A stretch of DNA of 59,090 bases from contig JAZKFH010000038.1 of NCBI GenBank assembly GCA_040386535.1, forward strand, positions 1 to 59,090, read 5' to 3'. Under the pieces are notes generated by a model. The model was not told the origin of the DNA, did not search any database, and was given only the letters and a program-made list of their open reading frames with translations. Shown in pieces: positions 46,778 through 57,500 of this stretch (its first letter is position 1; each line of letters begins with the position of its first letter). This stretch comes from Myxococcota bacterium. Its GTDB lineage: Bacteria; Myxococcota_A; UBA796; SXON01. A program made the position numbers and the translations under genes.

Positions 46778-47539
46778 TCAGTCCTCCATCACCCGCACGG
46801 TCACGACGGTGATATTGTCCTCGCCGCCGGCCTGCAGCGCCTCGCGCACGAGGGTCTCCGCCAGATCGGTGGGGTAGGCGGACGCGCAGATCTCGGCGAT
46901 GCGGCGGTCCTCGAGCGGGTCGGTCACGCCGTCGGAGCAGAGCAGGAACAGGTCGCCCGGCTGCAGCGCGCGCGTGGCGGTGTCGGGCTCGACGGGGCCG
47001 TGGTAGCCCACGGACTGGGTCAGGTAGTTGCGGTGCGCCACCTGCCGCGCGAGCTCGGGGGTCAGCCGGCCGGCGTCGATCTCCTGCTGCACGACGGTGT
47101 GATCGCGGGTGAGGCGGGAGAGCTGGCCGTCGCGGTACAGGTAGATGCGCGAGTCGCCGACGTGGGCGACATGCGCCTGGTCCCCCTCGACGAGCAGGAC
47201 GCACACGGTCGTGCCCATGCCGGCGTAGGCGGGCTTGAGCTGCGCCTCGCGCCGGATGCGGGCGCTGGCCTGGTTCATCGCGTAGCGCAGGCGCTCGCGC
47301 AGCACGTCGCCGGGGTCCTGGACGTTGCGGTCGAGCCGCGTCTCGTCCGGATCGTCCCCCTCCTGGAGCAGGTCACGGATGGTGTCCGTGGCGAGGCGCG
47401 AGGCGACCTCGCCCGCGGCGTGCCCGCCCATGCCGTCGGCCACGACGAACAGACCCGCGTCCTGATCGACGAGAAAAGTGTCTTCGTTGTTCTCACGCAC
47501 CGGACCGGGGTCGGTCCAGGCGAAGGCCTCCAGTCTCAT
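46778..47539 (-). CDS. PP2C/Stp1-type Ser/Thr phosphatase
   Basis: R.NNED, VADGMGGH, GMGTT, HVGDSR, LLCSDG and GGEDNIT motifs. Confidence 0.96.
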   Translation of the reverse strand: MRLEAFAWTDPGPVRENNEDTFLVDQDAGLFVVADGMGGHAAGEVASRLATDTIRDLLQEGDDPDETRLDRNVQDPGDVLRERLRYAMNQASARIRREAQLKPAYAGMGTTVCVLLVEGDQAHVAHVGDSRIYLYRDGQLSRLTRDHTVVQQEIDAGRLTPELARQVAHRNYLTQSVGYHGPVEPDTATRALQPGDLFLLCSDGVTDPLEDRRIAEICASAYPTDLAETLVREALQAGGEDNITVVTVRVMED

Positions 47540-47607
47540 CGGCAATCTCCTCGCGGCAGCCCGCTGGAGCTGCTCCCCGCCTTGCAACGTCCGGGCATGC
47601 GAGCGAG

Positions 47608-47636
47608 AGTATAGAGTCCCTCCCTCCTCCTGCAAA
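47608..47636 (-). promoter_or_regulatory. Sigma70-like promoter for the PP2C gene
   Basis: Minus strand TTTGCA-N17-TATACT, upstream of AGGAGA RBS and ATG 47539. Confidence 0.55.
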
Positions 47637-47684
47637 ACCTCTCCGCGCAACTGCGGCTGGAAACAGCTCGTCTCCGAGCGGCCC

Positions 47685-50600
47685 TTGAACCCATCGCCCT
47701 CTTCCACCGAGATCCCCCCTGGAACCCTGCTCGGGCGCTGGGAGGTGCTGTATCCACGCGGTCGCGGCGGCATGGCGACCGTCTACGTGGCACGCGACGC
47801 GGAGAGCCAGGAACTGCGGGCGGTCAAGGTGATGAATCCGGGCGGGAGCGCGGACGAGGTGGAGCGGCGCTTCCGGCGGGAGTTCCGGACGCTCTCGCGC
47901 CTGCAACATCCAAACATCACGCAGGTTTACGACTGGGGGACCCACCACGGGCGCCCGTACTTCGTGATGGAGCTGGTCGAGGGGCAGGATCTTCGCGCGC
48001 TCGTCGAAAACTGGATGGTGGAGCCCGACCCGGAACGGTTCGAGGTGGCGCGCAGCGTCGTCATCCAGGTGGCGCGCGCCTTGGAGTACGTGCACCTTCG
48101 CGGGCTGGTCCACCGCGACGTGACGCCCTCGAACGTGATGGTCCTGCCCGACGGGACCGTCAAGTTGATGGACTTCGGCGTGGTCAAGGAGTCGGGCGTC
48201 ACCGATCTGACCGCGCACGGCGAGCTCCTCGGGACCGTCGCGTACATCGCCCCCGAGCAGATCAACGGCGAGCGGATCGACGCGCGCACCGATCTGTACT
48301 CGCTCGGCGCCGTGCTCTACCTGCTCCTGACCGGCCGCCGGCCGTTCAACGCGCGCACGCTCGCCGGCTACCTCGACAAACACCTGCACCGCCCGCCGCG
48401 CCCGCCCCGCGAGCTCGTGGCCGCCGTGCCGCGCGCGCTCGAAGACGTGTGCCTGCGCCTGCTCCAGAAGGACCCCGCGGACCGCTTCGCCTCCGCCAGC
48501 CACCTGCTCCACGTGCTCGAAGGGGCCGACCACCGCCCGTTCGTGGCGAACACCGCGTGGCCGCCCGCCATCGTGGCCCGCGCCGACGCGATCGCCGCCA
48601 TCACGAACGGGCTCGCGGCCGCGCGGGACGGGCAGGGGGCCGTCATCCTGCTCGACGGCGCCGCCGGCTCCGGCAAGTCGCGCCTCTGCGAGCTCGCCAT
48701 GGAGCAGGCCCGGCGCGCCGGCATGCCCGCCAACCGCATCCGGGCGCGGCCCTCCGCCAACCCGCTCGCGGCGTACGTGGCCGTGTACCAGGCGCTGCGC
48801 GCCGAGGGCATCGCCGCCCGGCCCGCCCTGGAGCGCGGCCTGGGCCCGAGCGCCGAGGGCGCCGTGCAGGTCGAGCGGTACGCGTTGTTCGCCGCCTTCC
48901 GCGAGATGGTCGCGGGCACCCGGCCGCGCCTGTTCTGCGTGGACGACCTGCATTTCGCCGACGCCGGCTCGATCGAGCTGCTCGAATACCTCGTCCGCAA
49001 CACGCTGAACCTCGGCAAGGAGCCCATCCTGTGGCTCCTCACGCGCACGCCGGGCGTGGCGGACGCGGCGATCGACGGGCTCGCGCTCGGCAGCCGCACC
49101 GAGGTCGCGCCGACCCGCATCCCGCTCGACCCGCTCGACGCCTCCGCCGTGGAGGAGCTGGTCCTCTCGCTCGTCGTCGACACGCCCGGCGCGCGCGCGC
49201 TGGCCCGCCGCCTGCAGAAGGAGGGGGAGGGCAACCCCGCGTTCATCGCCGAGATGTTGCGAGGCCTGCTCGAAGAGGGCGTGATCGCCACGAAGGACGG
49301 GGAGCGCGTGCTCACCCTGGACGACGCCGGCGTGGCGCGCGCCACCCTGCCGCTCCCGCGCTCCGTGCGCGAGGCCGTGCTCCGTCGGATGGAGGGGCTG
49401 CCCGCCATCGCTCGTCGGGTCGCGGACATGCTTGCAGTGGCGCGGCAGGAGCTGACCACGGCGCTGTTGTGCGAGATGGCGGAGCTGCCCGAGGCGGACG
49501 TGCTCGCGGGGGTCGACGCGCTGATCGAGGCCGGGCTCGTGCGCGAGCGGCACGTGGAGATGGAGGAGCACGTCGACTTCACCCAGCCGCGCCTGCGCGA
49601 GCTGCTCGGCGCGGTCATCCCCGCCGACGAGAAGACCCGACTGCACCGTCGCCTCGGCGAGGCGCTCGAACGCACCTTCCGGCGGCGCCTGAACCTCGTC
49701 GTGGAGCCGCTCGCCGCCCACTTCGAGCTCGGCGGCGTGCCGGGCAAGGCCTACGCCTACCTCGTGCGCGCCGGGCAGCGCCTGCTCGACCGCTCGTTCG
49801 TCGCGGAGGCGGAGGGCTTCTTCTCGCGCGCCATCGTGCTGGAGCCTGCGGCGCGCGCGACAATCGTGCTCGACGAGGCGGATCGTCAGCTCGCGGATCT
49901 GTTGCTGCGCCGCGCCGACGCCCTGGCGCATCTCGGCCGCTGGGCGGAGGTGCCGGAGGGGCTCGCCACGGCCGACCGGCTCGCCGCCGAGCTTGGCGAC
50001 GATCGGCTCCAGAGCCGCGCCGCCGCCGCGCTCGGGGCGATGGCCCGGCACGGGCACGACCACGCGCTGGCCGAGGCCCGCCTCGGAGACGCACTGCGGC
50101 TCGCCGAACGTGCGGGCGATGCGTCGCTCCGCGTCATGCCGCTCAACGGCCTCGCGGCGCTCGCGTGGGCCCGGGGTGACCTGGAGAGCGCGCGCCGGTG
50201 GTGGGTCGAGGAGCTCGCCGTGGGCGAGGCCACGCGTGACGAGCGGAGCCTCGGCTACGGCTACAACGGGCTCGGCCTCGTGGCGCTCTGCAAGGGCCAG
50301 TCGGTCGAGGCGCGGCGGTTCTTCGAGCAGAGCGCCGAGATCTTCGAGCGCATGGGCCTGCTCGGGCCGCTCGCGGTCGCGCGGGTGAACCTCGTCGAGA
50401 TCCACCACTTCACCGGCAACCTGCGCCGCGGCCTCGAGCTCGCGGAGAAGACCATCGCGACCGCGCGGGAAACGGACCACCCCCTCGGCCTCTCGCGCGG
50501 GCGGCACCACAAGGCGCTCGTGCTGGTGGATCTCGGTCGCTACGGGCAGGCGATGGAGGAGGCCCGCGAGGCCCTCCACGTGGTGCGGCAGCTCGACCAG

Positions 50601-51125
50601 AAGGACGACGAAGTCGCCACGCTCGTCGGGCTCCTGCGGGCGGCGTGGGCCCTCCACGATTACGAGGAGCTCAGACGGGGGCTGGACGAGGCGGTGGAGC
50701 TGCTCCCATACGACCCGGAGGGGTTCGCCCCCATCGTGTACGCATGGCGCGCGCGCCTCGCCGCGTCGCAAGGGGACGCGACGGGCGCCCAGGACGAGCT
50801 GGAGCGCGCGCTCGGCGCGACCTGCGCCCGGTGGCCCTACCAGGAGTGCCGCCTCGATCTCGTGCTCGCCCGCACCTACGTCGCCATGGGGAACATCGGC
50901 GAGGCCACGCGGCGCGCCGAGTCGGCCATCCGGCGTGCGGACGCCTGCGGCTTCCGGCTGTACGCGCTCAAGGGCCACGGGATCGCCGCCCAGCACAGCA
51001 CCGACGAGGCCGCCGTGGCGCGGCACCGTCGCGTCGCCGACGCGCTGGCGCGCTCGCTCGCCGCCAACCTGTCCCGCGAGGACGCGGAGCGGTTCCTCGA
51101 TCAGCCGCCGCCGGCCACCGCGTGA
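47685..51125 (+). CDS. Hanks Ser/Thr kinase + AAA/STAND-like ATPase + TPR, paralog 1 (start uncertain)
   Basis: GRGGMA, AVK, HRDVTPSN, DFG, APE; Walker A GAAGSGKS, Walker B VDDLH, EGNP; helical repeats. Confidence 0.9.
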   Translation: MNPSPSSTEIPPGTLLGRWEVLYPRGRGGMATVYVARDAESQELRAVKVMNPGGSADEVERRFRREFRTLSRLQHPNITQVYDWGTHHGRPYFVMELVEGQDLRALVENWMVEPDPERFEVARSVVIQVARALEYVHLRGLVHRDVTPSNVMVLPDGTVKLMDFGVVKESGVTDLTAHGELLGTVAYIAPEQINGERIDARTDLYSLGAVLYLLLTGRRPFNARTLAGYLDKHLHRPPRPPRELVAAVPRALEDVCLRLLQKDPADRFASASHLLHVLEGADHRPFVANTAWPPAIVARADAIAAITNGLAAARDGQGAVILLDGAAGSGKSRLCELAMEQARRAGMPANRIRARPSANPLAAYVAVYQALRAEGIAARPALERGLGPSAEGAVQVERYALFAAFREMVAGTRPRLFCVDDLHFADAGSIELLEYLVRNTLNLGKEPILWLLTRTPGVADAAIDGLALGSRTEVAPTRIPLDPLDASAVEELVLSLVVDTPGARALARRLQKEGEGNPAFIAEMLRGLLEEGVIATKDGERVLTLDDAGVARATLPLPRSVREAVLRRMEGLPAIARRVADMLAVARQELTTALLCEMAELPEADVLAGVDALIEAGLVRERHVEMEEHVDFTQPRLRELLGAVIPADEKTRLHRRLGEALERTFRRRLNLVVEPLAAHFELGGVPGKAYAYLVRAGQRLLDRSFVAEAEGFFSRAIVLEPAARATIVLDEADRQLADLLLRRADALAHLGRWAEVPEGLATADRLAAELGDDRLQSRAAAALGAMARHGHDHALAEARLGDALRLAERAGDASLRVMPLNGLAALAWARGDLESARRWWVEELAVGEATRDERSLGYGYNGLGLVALCKGQSVEARRFFEQSAEIFERMGLLGPLAVARVNLVEIHHFTGNLRRGLELAEKTIATARETDHPLGLSRGRHHKALVLVDLGRYGQAMEEAREALHVVRQLDQKDDEVATLVGLLRAAWALHDYEELRRGLDEAVELLPYDPEGFAPIVYAWRARLAASQGDATGAQDELERALGATCARWPYQECRLDLVLARTYVAMGNIGEATRRAESAIRRADACGFRLYALKGHGIAAQHSTDEAAVARHRRVADALARSLAANLSREDAERFLDQPPPATA

Positions 51126-51177
51126 GGGGCCCCGCGCATGACGGCCACATGCAAGAGTGCCACATGAGAGCGACCGC

Positions 51178-54100
51178 ATGATGGACGGCGTGACGCCCCC
51201 GCTGCCCGGGGACTCCATCGGGCCCTACCGCCTCGTCGAGACGCTCGGCGTGGGCGGCATGGCGATGGTGTACCGGGCCGACGGCCCGACCGGCCCCGTG
51301 GCGATCAAGATCCTGCACCAGAACCGCATCAACGCGGACGAGGTGAAGCGTTTCCGTCGCGAGTACGTCACGCTCGAACGCCTGCGGCACCCCAACGTGG
51401 TACGCGTGGTGGACACGGGGGAGCAGGGCGGGTTCCCGTGGATCGCGATGGAGCTGGTGGACGGGACCGACCTCGGCACGCTGCTGGAGCGCTGGCAGGG
51501 CGACCCGCCGAAGGATCGCTTCGCGCGGGTCGAGGCGCTGTTCATCGAGCTCTGCGACGCGCTGGCGTACGTGCACGAGCAGGGCATCGTCCACCGCGAT
51601 CTGAAGCCTGGCAACGTGCTCGTGGGGACCGACGGCCACGCGCGCCTGACCGACTTCGGCGTCGTGAAGGACCCCGACGCCTTCCCCACCGGGCTCACGC
51701 TGGCCGGGCGGCTCGTCGGCACGGTGGCGTTCATGGCGCCCGAGCAGATCACCGGCGAGTCGCCCGACACGCGCGCCGATCTGTACAGCCTCGGCGCGCT
51801 GCTCTACGTGATGTTGACGTTCCGCCGCCCCATCCAGGCGGACTCCATCGCCGGCTACCTCGCGCGCCACCTCACGGAGACCCCCCGGGCCCCCTCCGAC
51901 GTCGATCCGCGCGTGCCCCAGCGCCTCGAACAGGTGTGCCTGCGCCTGCTCCAGAAGGATCCGTCGCGCCGGTTCGCCTCCGCGCGCCAGGTCATCACCG
52001 CGCTCGGCGAGGCCCCGCCGCTCGACGCGCTCCCCGTGCACGGCCGCGAGCCGACGTTCGACGCGATCGCCGGCCGGGTCAACGGGCTCGCGAAGCGCGG
52101 TGTGGGCGGCGTCGTGGCGGTGCTCGGGGCCCCGGGCAGCGGGCGCACGCGCCTGTTGCAGGAGGCCGCCGAGCGGGCGCGGTCCGCGGGGGTGAGCACC
52201 GCGTTCGCGCGGGCCACGGATACGATGGCGACCCTCGCGGCGTCGCTCCCGCCGGGGCCGCCGGGCGCCACGCTGCGCGATCGCCTGGGCGAGGGCGCGT
52301 GGCTGCTGGTGGTGGACGACCTGGATCACGCGACTCCGGCCGACGCCCGCGCGCTCGCGGAGCTGGTGCGGGAGGTCGTCGCCATCGAGGGCGGACACCT
52401 GCTCGTGCTCGTCTCTGCGGAGCCCGACACGGACGACGGGCTGGTGACGGGCACCACGACCGGTCTCGGCACCGAGGAGATCGTCCTCGGTGGGCTCGAC
52501 CGCGACGCGGTGCGGGGGATGTTGCGCGACCGCGGCATGCACGGCGCGCTCGGCGCGGCGCTCGGGCGTCGCCTCCAGGAGGAGCTCGGCGGACAACCCG
52601 GCCCCATCCTCGAGCAGGTCGAGGCGCTCGTGCGAGCCGGGTGGCTGGCTCGTGGGCCCGACGGCGCCATCCGCTGCACCCGCCCGGTCGAGTCGCTGCG
52701 CACCGAGCCCCTCCCGCTGCCCGACCGCGTGCGGCTCGCGGAGGCCTCCTTCCTCGACGGGCTGCCCGTGATCGAGCGGCATTGCCTCGAGGCGCTGGCG
52801 GTCCTCGCGGCCCCGAGCAGCGTGTCCCTCATCGCGCCGTTGATGCAGCCCCCGCTCGCCCAGATCGCGGTGCGCGAGGCCGACCTCGCCGGCCCGCTGG
52901 CGTCTCTCGCGCGGGACGGGCACGTGCTCGCCACGGAGGACGGCCTCCAGGAGCTGTACCAGGTCGCCACGAAGCGCCGGGCCCAGGTCATCTACGAGAA
53001 CATCGACGCCGCGCGGCGCGCCGCCATGCACCGCGCCGCCGCCGCCACCTTGCAGCGCCTGCACCACCGGCGCCTGCACGCCATCGCCGAGGTCGCGGCC
53101 CACCACCTGCTGCACGGCGGGGATCCGGCGGGCGCCTATCCGCTGCTCATCCAGGGCGCGCAGCGCGCGCAGCGGCGCGGCGACCACGCGGCGGCGCGGG
53201 CCTACTGCCAGCGCGCCCTCGAAGCGCGCGGCGCCGCCGAAGCGACGATGACCCCGATGGACGCGGCGCGTGGCCGCCGCCCCCTCTACCAGACCCTGGG
53301 AGACGCGCTCCGCACCGCCGGCCGCGTCGAGCAGGCCGGGGACGCCTACGCCCAGGCCCTGCTCGCCGCCCGCACCGAGGGTGACCGCCTCGCGATCGGC
53401 AAGGCCCTGGCGAGCTCCGGGCTGGTCGCCTACGCGCGGGGCCGCGCCGCCGAGGCCATGGGCGCCCTCGAAGAGGGGCTCGCGTCGCTGGAGCGGGGCG
53501 ACGCGACCTGGCCCGAGGCCGCCAACGCGCTCGCGGTGCTGCGTTTCGACGGCGGCAATCGTGAAGGCGCCGAGCTGCTCTGGCGCGAGGCCGCCGAGCT
53601 CGGCGAGGCCAGCCGAAACCCGCACGCGGAGCTGGTCGGCCTCTGGGGGCTCGTCCTGTTGGCGCGGGTGTCGCTCGCGCGTGGCCGGGCCCAGGATCTC
53701 ATCGACACGGCGCTGCGCCGCGGGCGGGACGCGCGCTGCGCCGACGCGCTGGTGCGCATCCTCCACCAGCGCGCGCAGATCGCGCTCGAAGAGGGCGACT
53801 GGGGCGGCGTGGCCCGCCTGGGCGACGACATCGACGCCCTCGGGGACACCCACGGCATCCCCGGCGCGGGCGCGCTCGCGGCGGCGCTGCGGGCCGCCGG
53901 GCTCGACGGCATGGGCGAGACCACCTCCGCCCTCCGCGCCGCGCGCGACGCCTTGGCGCTCTGCCGCCTCCACCAGGTCAACGAGCTCTCCACGTGGGCC
54001 CCCGCCGTGCGGATCCTGGCCCGCGCGGGCGAGGCCGACGATGCCGTGGCCGCCCTCTCCGAGCCGGGCTGGGCCCCCGATCCTCCCTTCGACGTCGAGG

Positions 54101-54414
54101 CGCTCCGCCAGGCCTTGCTCGCCCTGGCCGCGGCAGCGCGCCGCCCCACCGTCGCGAAAGACGCGGCGCGCGCCGCCCTTGCCCGCCCCGTCGGTACCGT
54201 TGCCTCCGCGACCGCGCGCGTCGAGATCGACGCCGGCATCGCCCTCTCCCGCATCGGCGAGCGCGAAGGCGCGGCCAAGGCCCTGTCCCGCGCGCTGCTC
54301 CGCCTCGACGATCGGCTCCACCGCGCGCTCGTGAGCGAGGCGTGCCGCCTGTTGGAGGAGGTCGCGCCGGATCCGTCGACACGGGCGCGGTTGGGCAGGC
54401 TCGGCACGCGGTAG
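51178..54414 (+). CDS. Hanks Ser/Thr kinase + AAA/STAND-like ATPase + TPR, paralog 2
   Basis: GVGGMA, AIK, HRDLKPGN, DFG, APE; Walker A GAPGSGRT, Walker B VDDLD, GGQP. Confidence 0.9.
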   Translation: MMDGVTPPLPGDSIGPYRLVETLGVGGMAMVYRADGPTGPVAIKILHQNRINADEVKRFRREYVTLERLRHPNVVRVVDTGEQGGFPWIAMELVDGTDLGTLLERWQGDPPKDRFARVEALFIELCDALAYVHEQGIVHRDLKPGNVLVGTDGHARLTDFGVVKDPDAFPTGLTLAGRLVGTVAFMAPEQITGESPDTRADLYSLGALLYVMLTFRRPIQADSIAGYLARHLTETPRAPSDVDPRVPQRLEQVCLRLLQKDPSRRFASARQVITALGEAPPLDALPVHGREPTFDAIAGRVNGLAKRGVGGVVAVLGAPGSGRTRLLQEAAERARSAGVSTAFARATDTMATLAASLPPGPPGATLRDRLGEGAWLLVVDDLDHATPADARALAELVREVVAIEGGHLLVLVSAEPDTDDGLVTGTTTGLGTEEIVLGGLDRDAVRGMLRDRGMHGALGAALGRRLQEELGGQPGPILEQVEALVRAGWLARGPDGAIRCTRPVESLRTEPLPLPDRVRLAEASFLDGLPVIERHCLEALAVLAAPSSVSLIAPLMQPPLAQIAVREADLAGPLASLARDGHVLATEDGLQELYQVATKRRAQVIYENIDAARRAAMHRAAAATLQRLHHRRLHAIAEVAAHHLLHGGDPAGAYPLLIQGAQRAQRRGDHAAARAYCQRALEARGAAEATMTPMDAARGRRPLYQTLGDALRTAGRVEQAGDAYAQALLAARTEGDRLAIGKALASSGLVAYARGRAAEAMGALEEGLASLERGDATWPEAANALAVLRFDGGNREGAELLWREAAELGEASRNPHAELVGLWGLVLLARVSLARGRAQDLIDTALRRGRDARCADALVRILHQRAQIALEEGDWGGVARLGDDIDALGDTHGIPGAGALAAALRAAGLDGMGETTSALRAARDALALCRLHQVNELSTWAPAVRILARAGEADDAVAALSEPGWAPDPPFDVEALRQALLALAAAARRPTVAKDAARAALARPVGTVASATARVEIDAGIALSRIGEREGAAKALSRALLRLDDRLHRALVSEACRLLEEVAPDPSTRARLGRLGTR

Positions 54415-54494
54415 GCGCCCGCTGGCCTGGGCTGGCGCCCGCTGGCCTGGGCTGGCGCCCGCTGGCCTTGGCGCCCGCTCCCTTGGCTGGCGCC
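54414..54494. repeat. Short tandem repeat, 20-bp unit, ~3-4 degenerate copies
   Basis: ggcgcccgctggcctgggct repeated directly after the stop of paralog 2. Confidence 0.8.
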
Positions 54495-54593
54495 GGCCGC
54501 GCCCGCCGCTGTAATGACCCGTTGCCGCGCCGGGTCTCGCCCCGTGTTAGGGCGCCCGCCGGCCGAGCCCCCGCGCCGCCACCGGAACGCCAC

Positions 54594-57500
54594 GTGTCCT
54601 CGGGTATCGACAGCGAAGACGACTCCACCCTCGAGATTGGCGGGCTGCGCGTGTCACCCGGCGATCGGATCGGGAACTTCGTCTACCGTCGCCTCGTCGG
54701 CAAGGGCGGCATGGCCCACGTGCTGCTCGCGAGCGACCCGGACGGCCGCCCCGTCGCGCTCAAGGTGCTCAAGTCCACCCGCGTCGGCACCGGCTACCAG
54801 CGCTTCCTGCGCGAGTTCAAGGCGCTCTCGCGGCTGCGCCACCCCAACGTCATCCGGGTGGACGCGCTCGGGAGCCTGCACGGGCACCCGTACATCGCGA
54901 TGGAGTACGTCGAGGGCCACGATCTCCACCACGCCATCCACACCTTCCGCACGCTCGGGGCGGAGGAGCGCTGGCGCCGCTGCGAGGAGGTCCTGGTCGA
55001 CCTGTGTCGCGCGCTCGCCTACATCCACCGCCGCGGCCTCATCCACCGGGACCTGAAGCCGTCGAACGTGCTCCTCGACCACGACCGGCACTGCAAGCTC
55101 ACCGACTTCGGCATCGTCAAGGACCTCGATCCCGACGCCGACTCGGCGATCTCGACCACGCTCGTCGGCACCTGGGCGTACTCGAGCCCCGAGCAGATCC
55201 AGGGTCAGCCGATCGACCACCGGTCCGACCTGTACAGCCTCGGCGTCATCCTGTTCGCGATGTTGACCGGGCGCCGCCCCTTCGTGGCGCGGGATCTCGC
55301 GGGGTACCTCGAGCTGCACCGCACACACGTCGCGCCCGGGCCGCGCGAGGTCGATCCCACGGTGCCGGTGCACCTCGACGAGATCTGCCGCAAGCTCCTG
55401 CGCAAGCAGCCGCGGGACCGCTTCCGCAGCGCGCAGGAGATCCTCTACCGGCTGGAGCAACTCGACGCCGACGACAGCCTGCTGGAGCTCGCCCCGTGGG
55501 AGCCCGCGCTGGTCGGCCGCGCCACCGAGGAGGAGACCCTCCGGGGCCGCGCCGCCGCGCTGACCCGCGGACAGGGCGGCGCGATCCTGCTGGAGGGGGC
55601 CGAGGGCACCGGCAAGTCGCGCCTGCTCGACGTCGTGGCGAACCAGGCCGACCTGATGGGCATCCCCGTCCACCGGGTGCGCGCGGGCGAGCGGGACGGC
55701 CCGTTCAGCGTCGTGTTGCGCCTCGCGGCCTCGGTCGGCGCCCAGCTGGCCAGCAAGGCCGCGACGCGGCTCCAGGAGGCCGTGACCGCCTACGCGGAAG
55801 AGGGCGACGGCCGCGGCCAGGCGCGCGAGCGCCTCTACGAGGCCCTGGCGGACGCAATCGCGGGCGTGCTCGAGGAGGGGCCCCAGGTCGTCCTCGTCGA
55901 CGACCTGCACAACGCCCAGCTCCCCACGCTCGACGCGCTGGCGTGGATGGTGCGCCGCTTCGCCGAGGGCCACGCGCTCCTGTTCGTCGGCTCCTACCGC
56001 CCCGATCGGGTGGGCGCGCGCCTCGCCAAGCTGCGCGACGGCAGCAACGGCAGCGCCCCGCCCGACATCATGCGCCTGGGCGCCCTGCCGCGCTCCGCGG
56101 TGGACGACCTGGTGAACGCGCTCTTCGGCCCCGGCCGCGTCGCCCAGGTGGTGGGTGACCGCCTCTACCGCGAGTCCGAGGGCAACCCCCTGTTCCTCGT
56201 CGGCTACGTCCAGAACCTCATGGCGCACGGCGTGATCGTGCGGTCAACCGGCGGCTGGCGCATCACCGCGGACGTCGACGAGATCGCCACCGGCCACATC
56301 GAGATCCCCCCGGCCGTCCGGCAGGTGGTGCGGGCGCGGCTCGACGGGGTGGACGAGCGCGAGCGCTCGCTGCTGGAGACCCTCGCGGTGAACGGCCGCG
56401 AGATCGAGGTCGACGTGCTGCTCGACGTGCTCGACCTGGACGACGAGGGCGGCTCCGACCGCGTGGACGCCCTCGAAGCCCACGGCGTCGTGCGCCAGCG
56501 GCGAGTGGGCCAGCAGGTGTTCGTCGACTTCGCGCACACCAAGTACGGCGACGTTGTGTACCGCGAGCTCGACCCCGAGCGGCGCGCCGACGCGCACCGT
56601 CGCATCGCGGCCGCGCTGGAGCTCCGCTACCAGCACGCGCCCGCCGCGGCCGAGGTGGTCGGCGAGCACTACCGGCGCGCGGGAGAGGCCGGCAAGGCGT
56701 TCCACTACCTCACGGCCGCCGCCCGGCGAGCGCGGGACCGCAGCCAGCACGCCGAGGCCTGGGACCTCGCCGCGCGCGCGCAGGGCGTGGACGACGCGGC
56801 GCGGGTCGACCTTCCGCCGCGCGAGTACGCCGGCGTCAAGCACATGCTGCTGCAGGTGCGCGCCGACGTGTTGTTCCACCGCAGCGAGTGGGCGTTGGCG
56901 CGCGACGTGCTCGAGCACGCCCGGGAGCTGTTCGGCACGGGCCCCGACGAGGCCGCCGAGCTCCGCACCCGCATCCACTACGGCCGCGTGTTGCGCGTGA
57001 TGGGGGAGCTCGACCGTGCGGAGGCGGAGGTGCGCGGCTGCCTCGGCCGCGCCCGCGAGCAACACGACCGGGACGCGGTCGCCGAGGGCCTGCTCGTGCT
57101 CGCCGGCATCGCCTGGGGCCGCGGCGAGCTCGACGCGTGCGAGGGGTACGCCCAGGAGGGCCTGGTCCTCGCGACCGGCCCGAGCATGACCGGCGCCCGC
57201 GCCCACCTGCTGCTCGCGCTCACGGCGGTCCAGGCCAGCCGCGGCCAGCTCGCCAGCGCCGCGGCCGGACTTCAGGACGCCCAGAACCTGCTCCGCGACC
57301 TGGGCATGCGCCCCGCGCGCTCGCTCGCCCTGTCCAACCTCGCCGAGGTGGTGTTGGGCCAGGGCGATCCCGCGTCCGCGTGGGAGTACAGCTCCGACGC
57401 GCTCCAGGAGGCCGAGGAGGTCGGCCACCGGCTCGGCGAGAGCGCCGCGCACGGCGTCCGCGGGCTCGCGGCGATGCGGGTCGGCGTCTTCGAGGAGGCC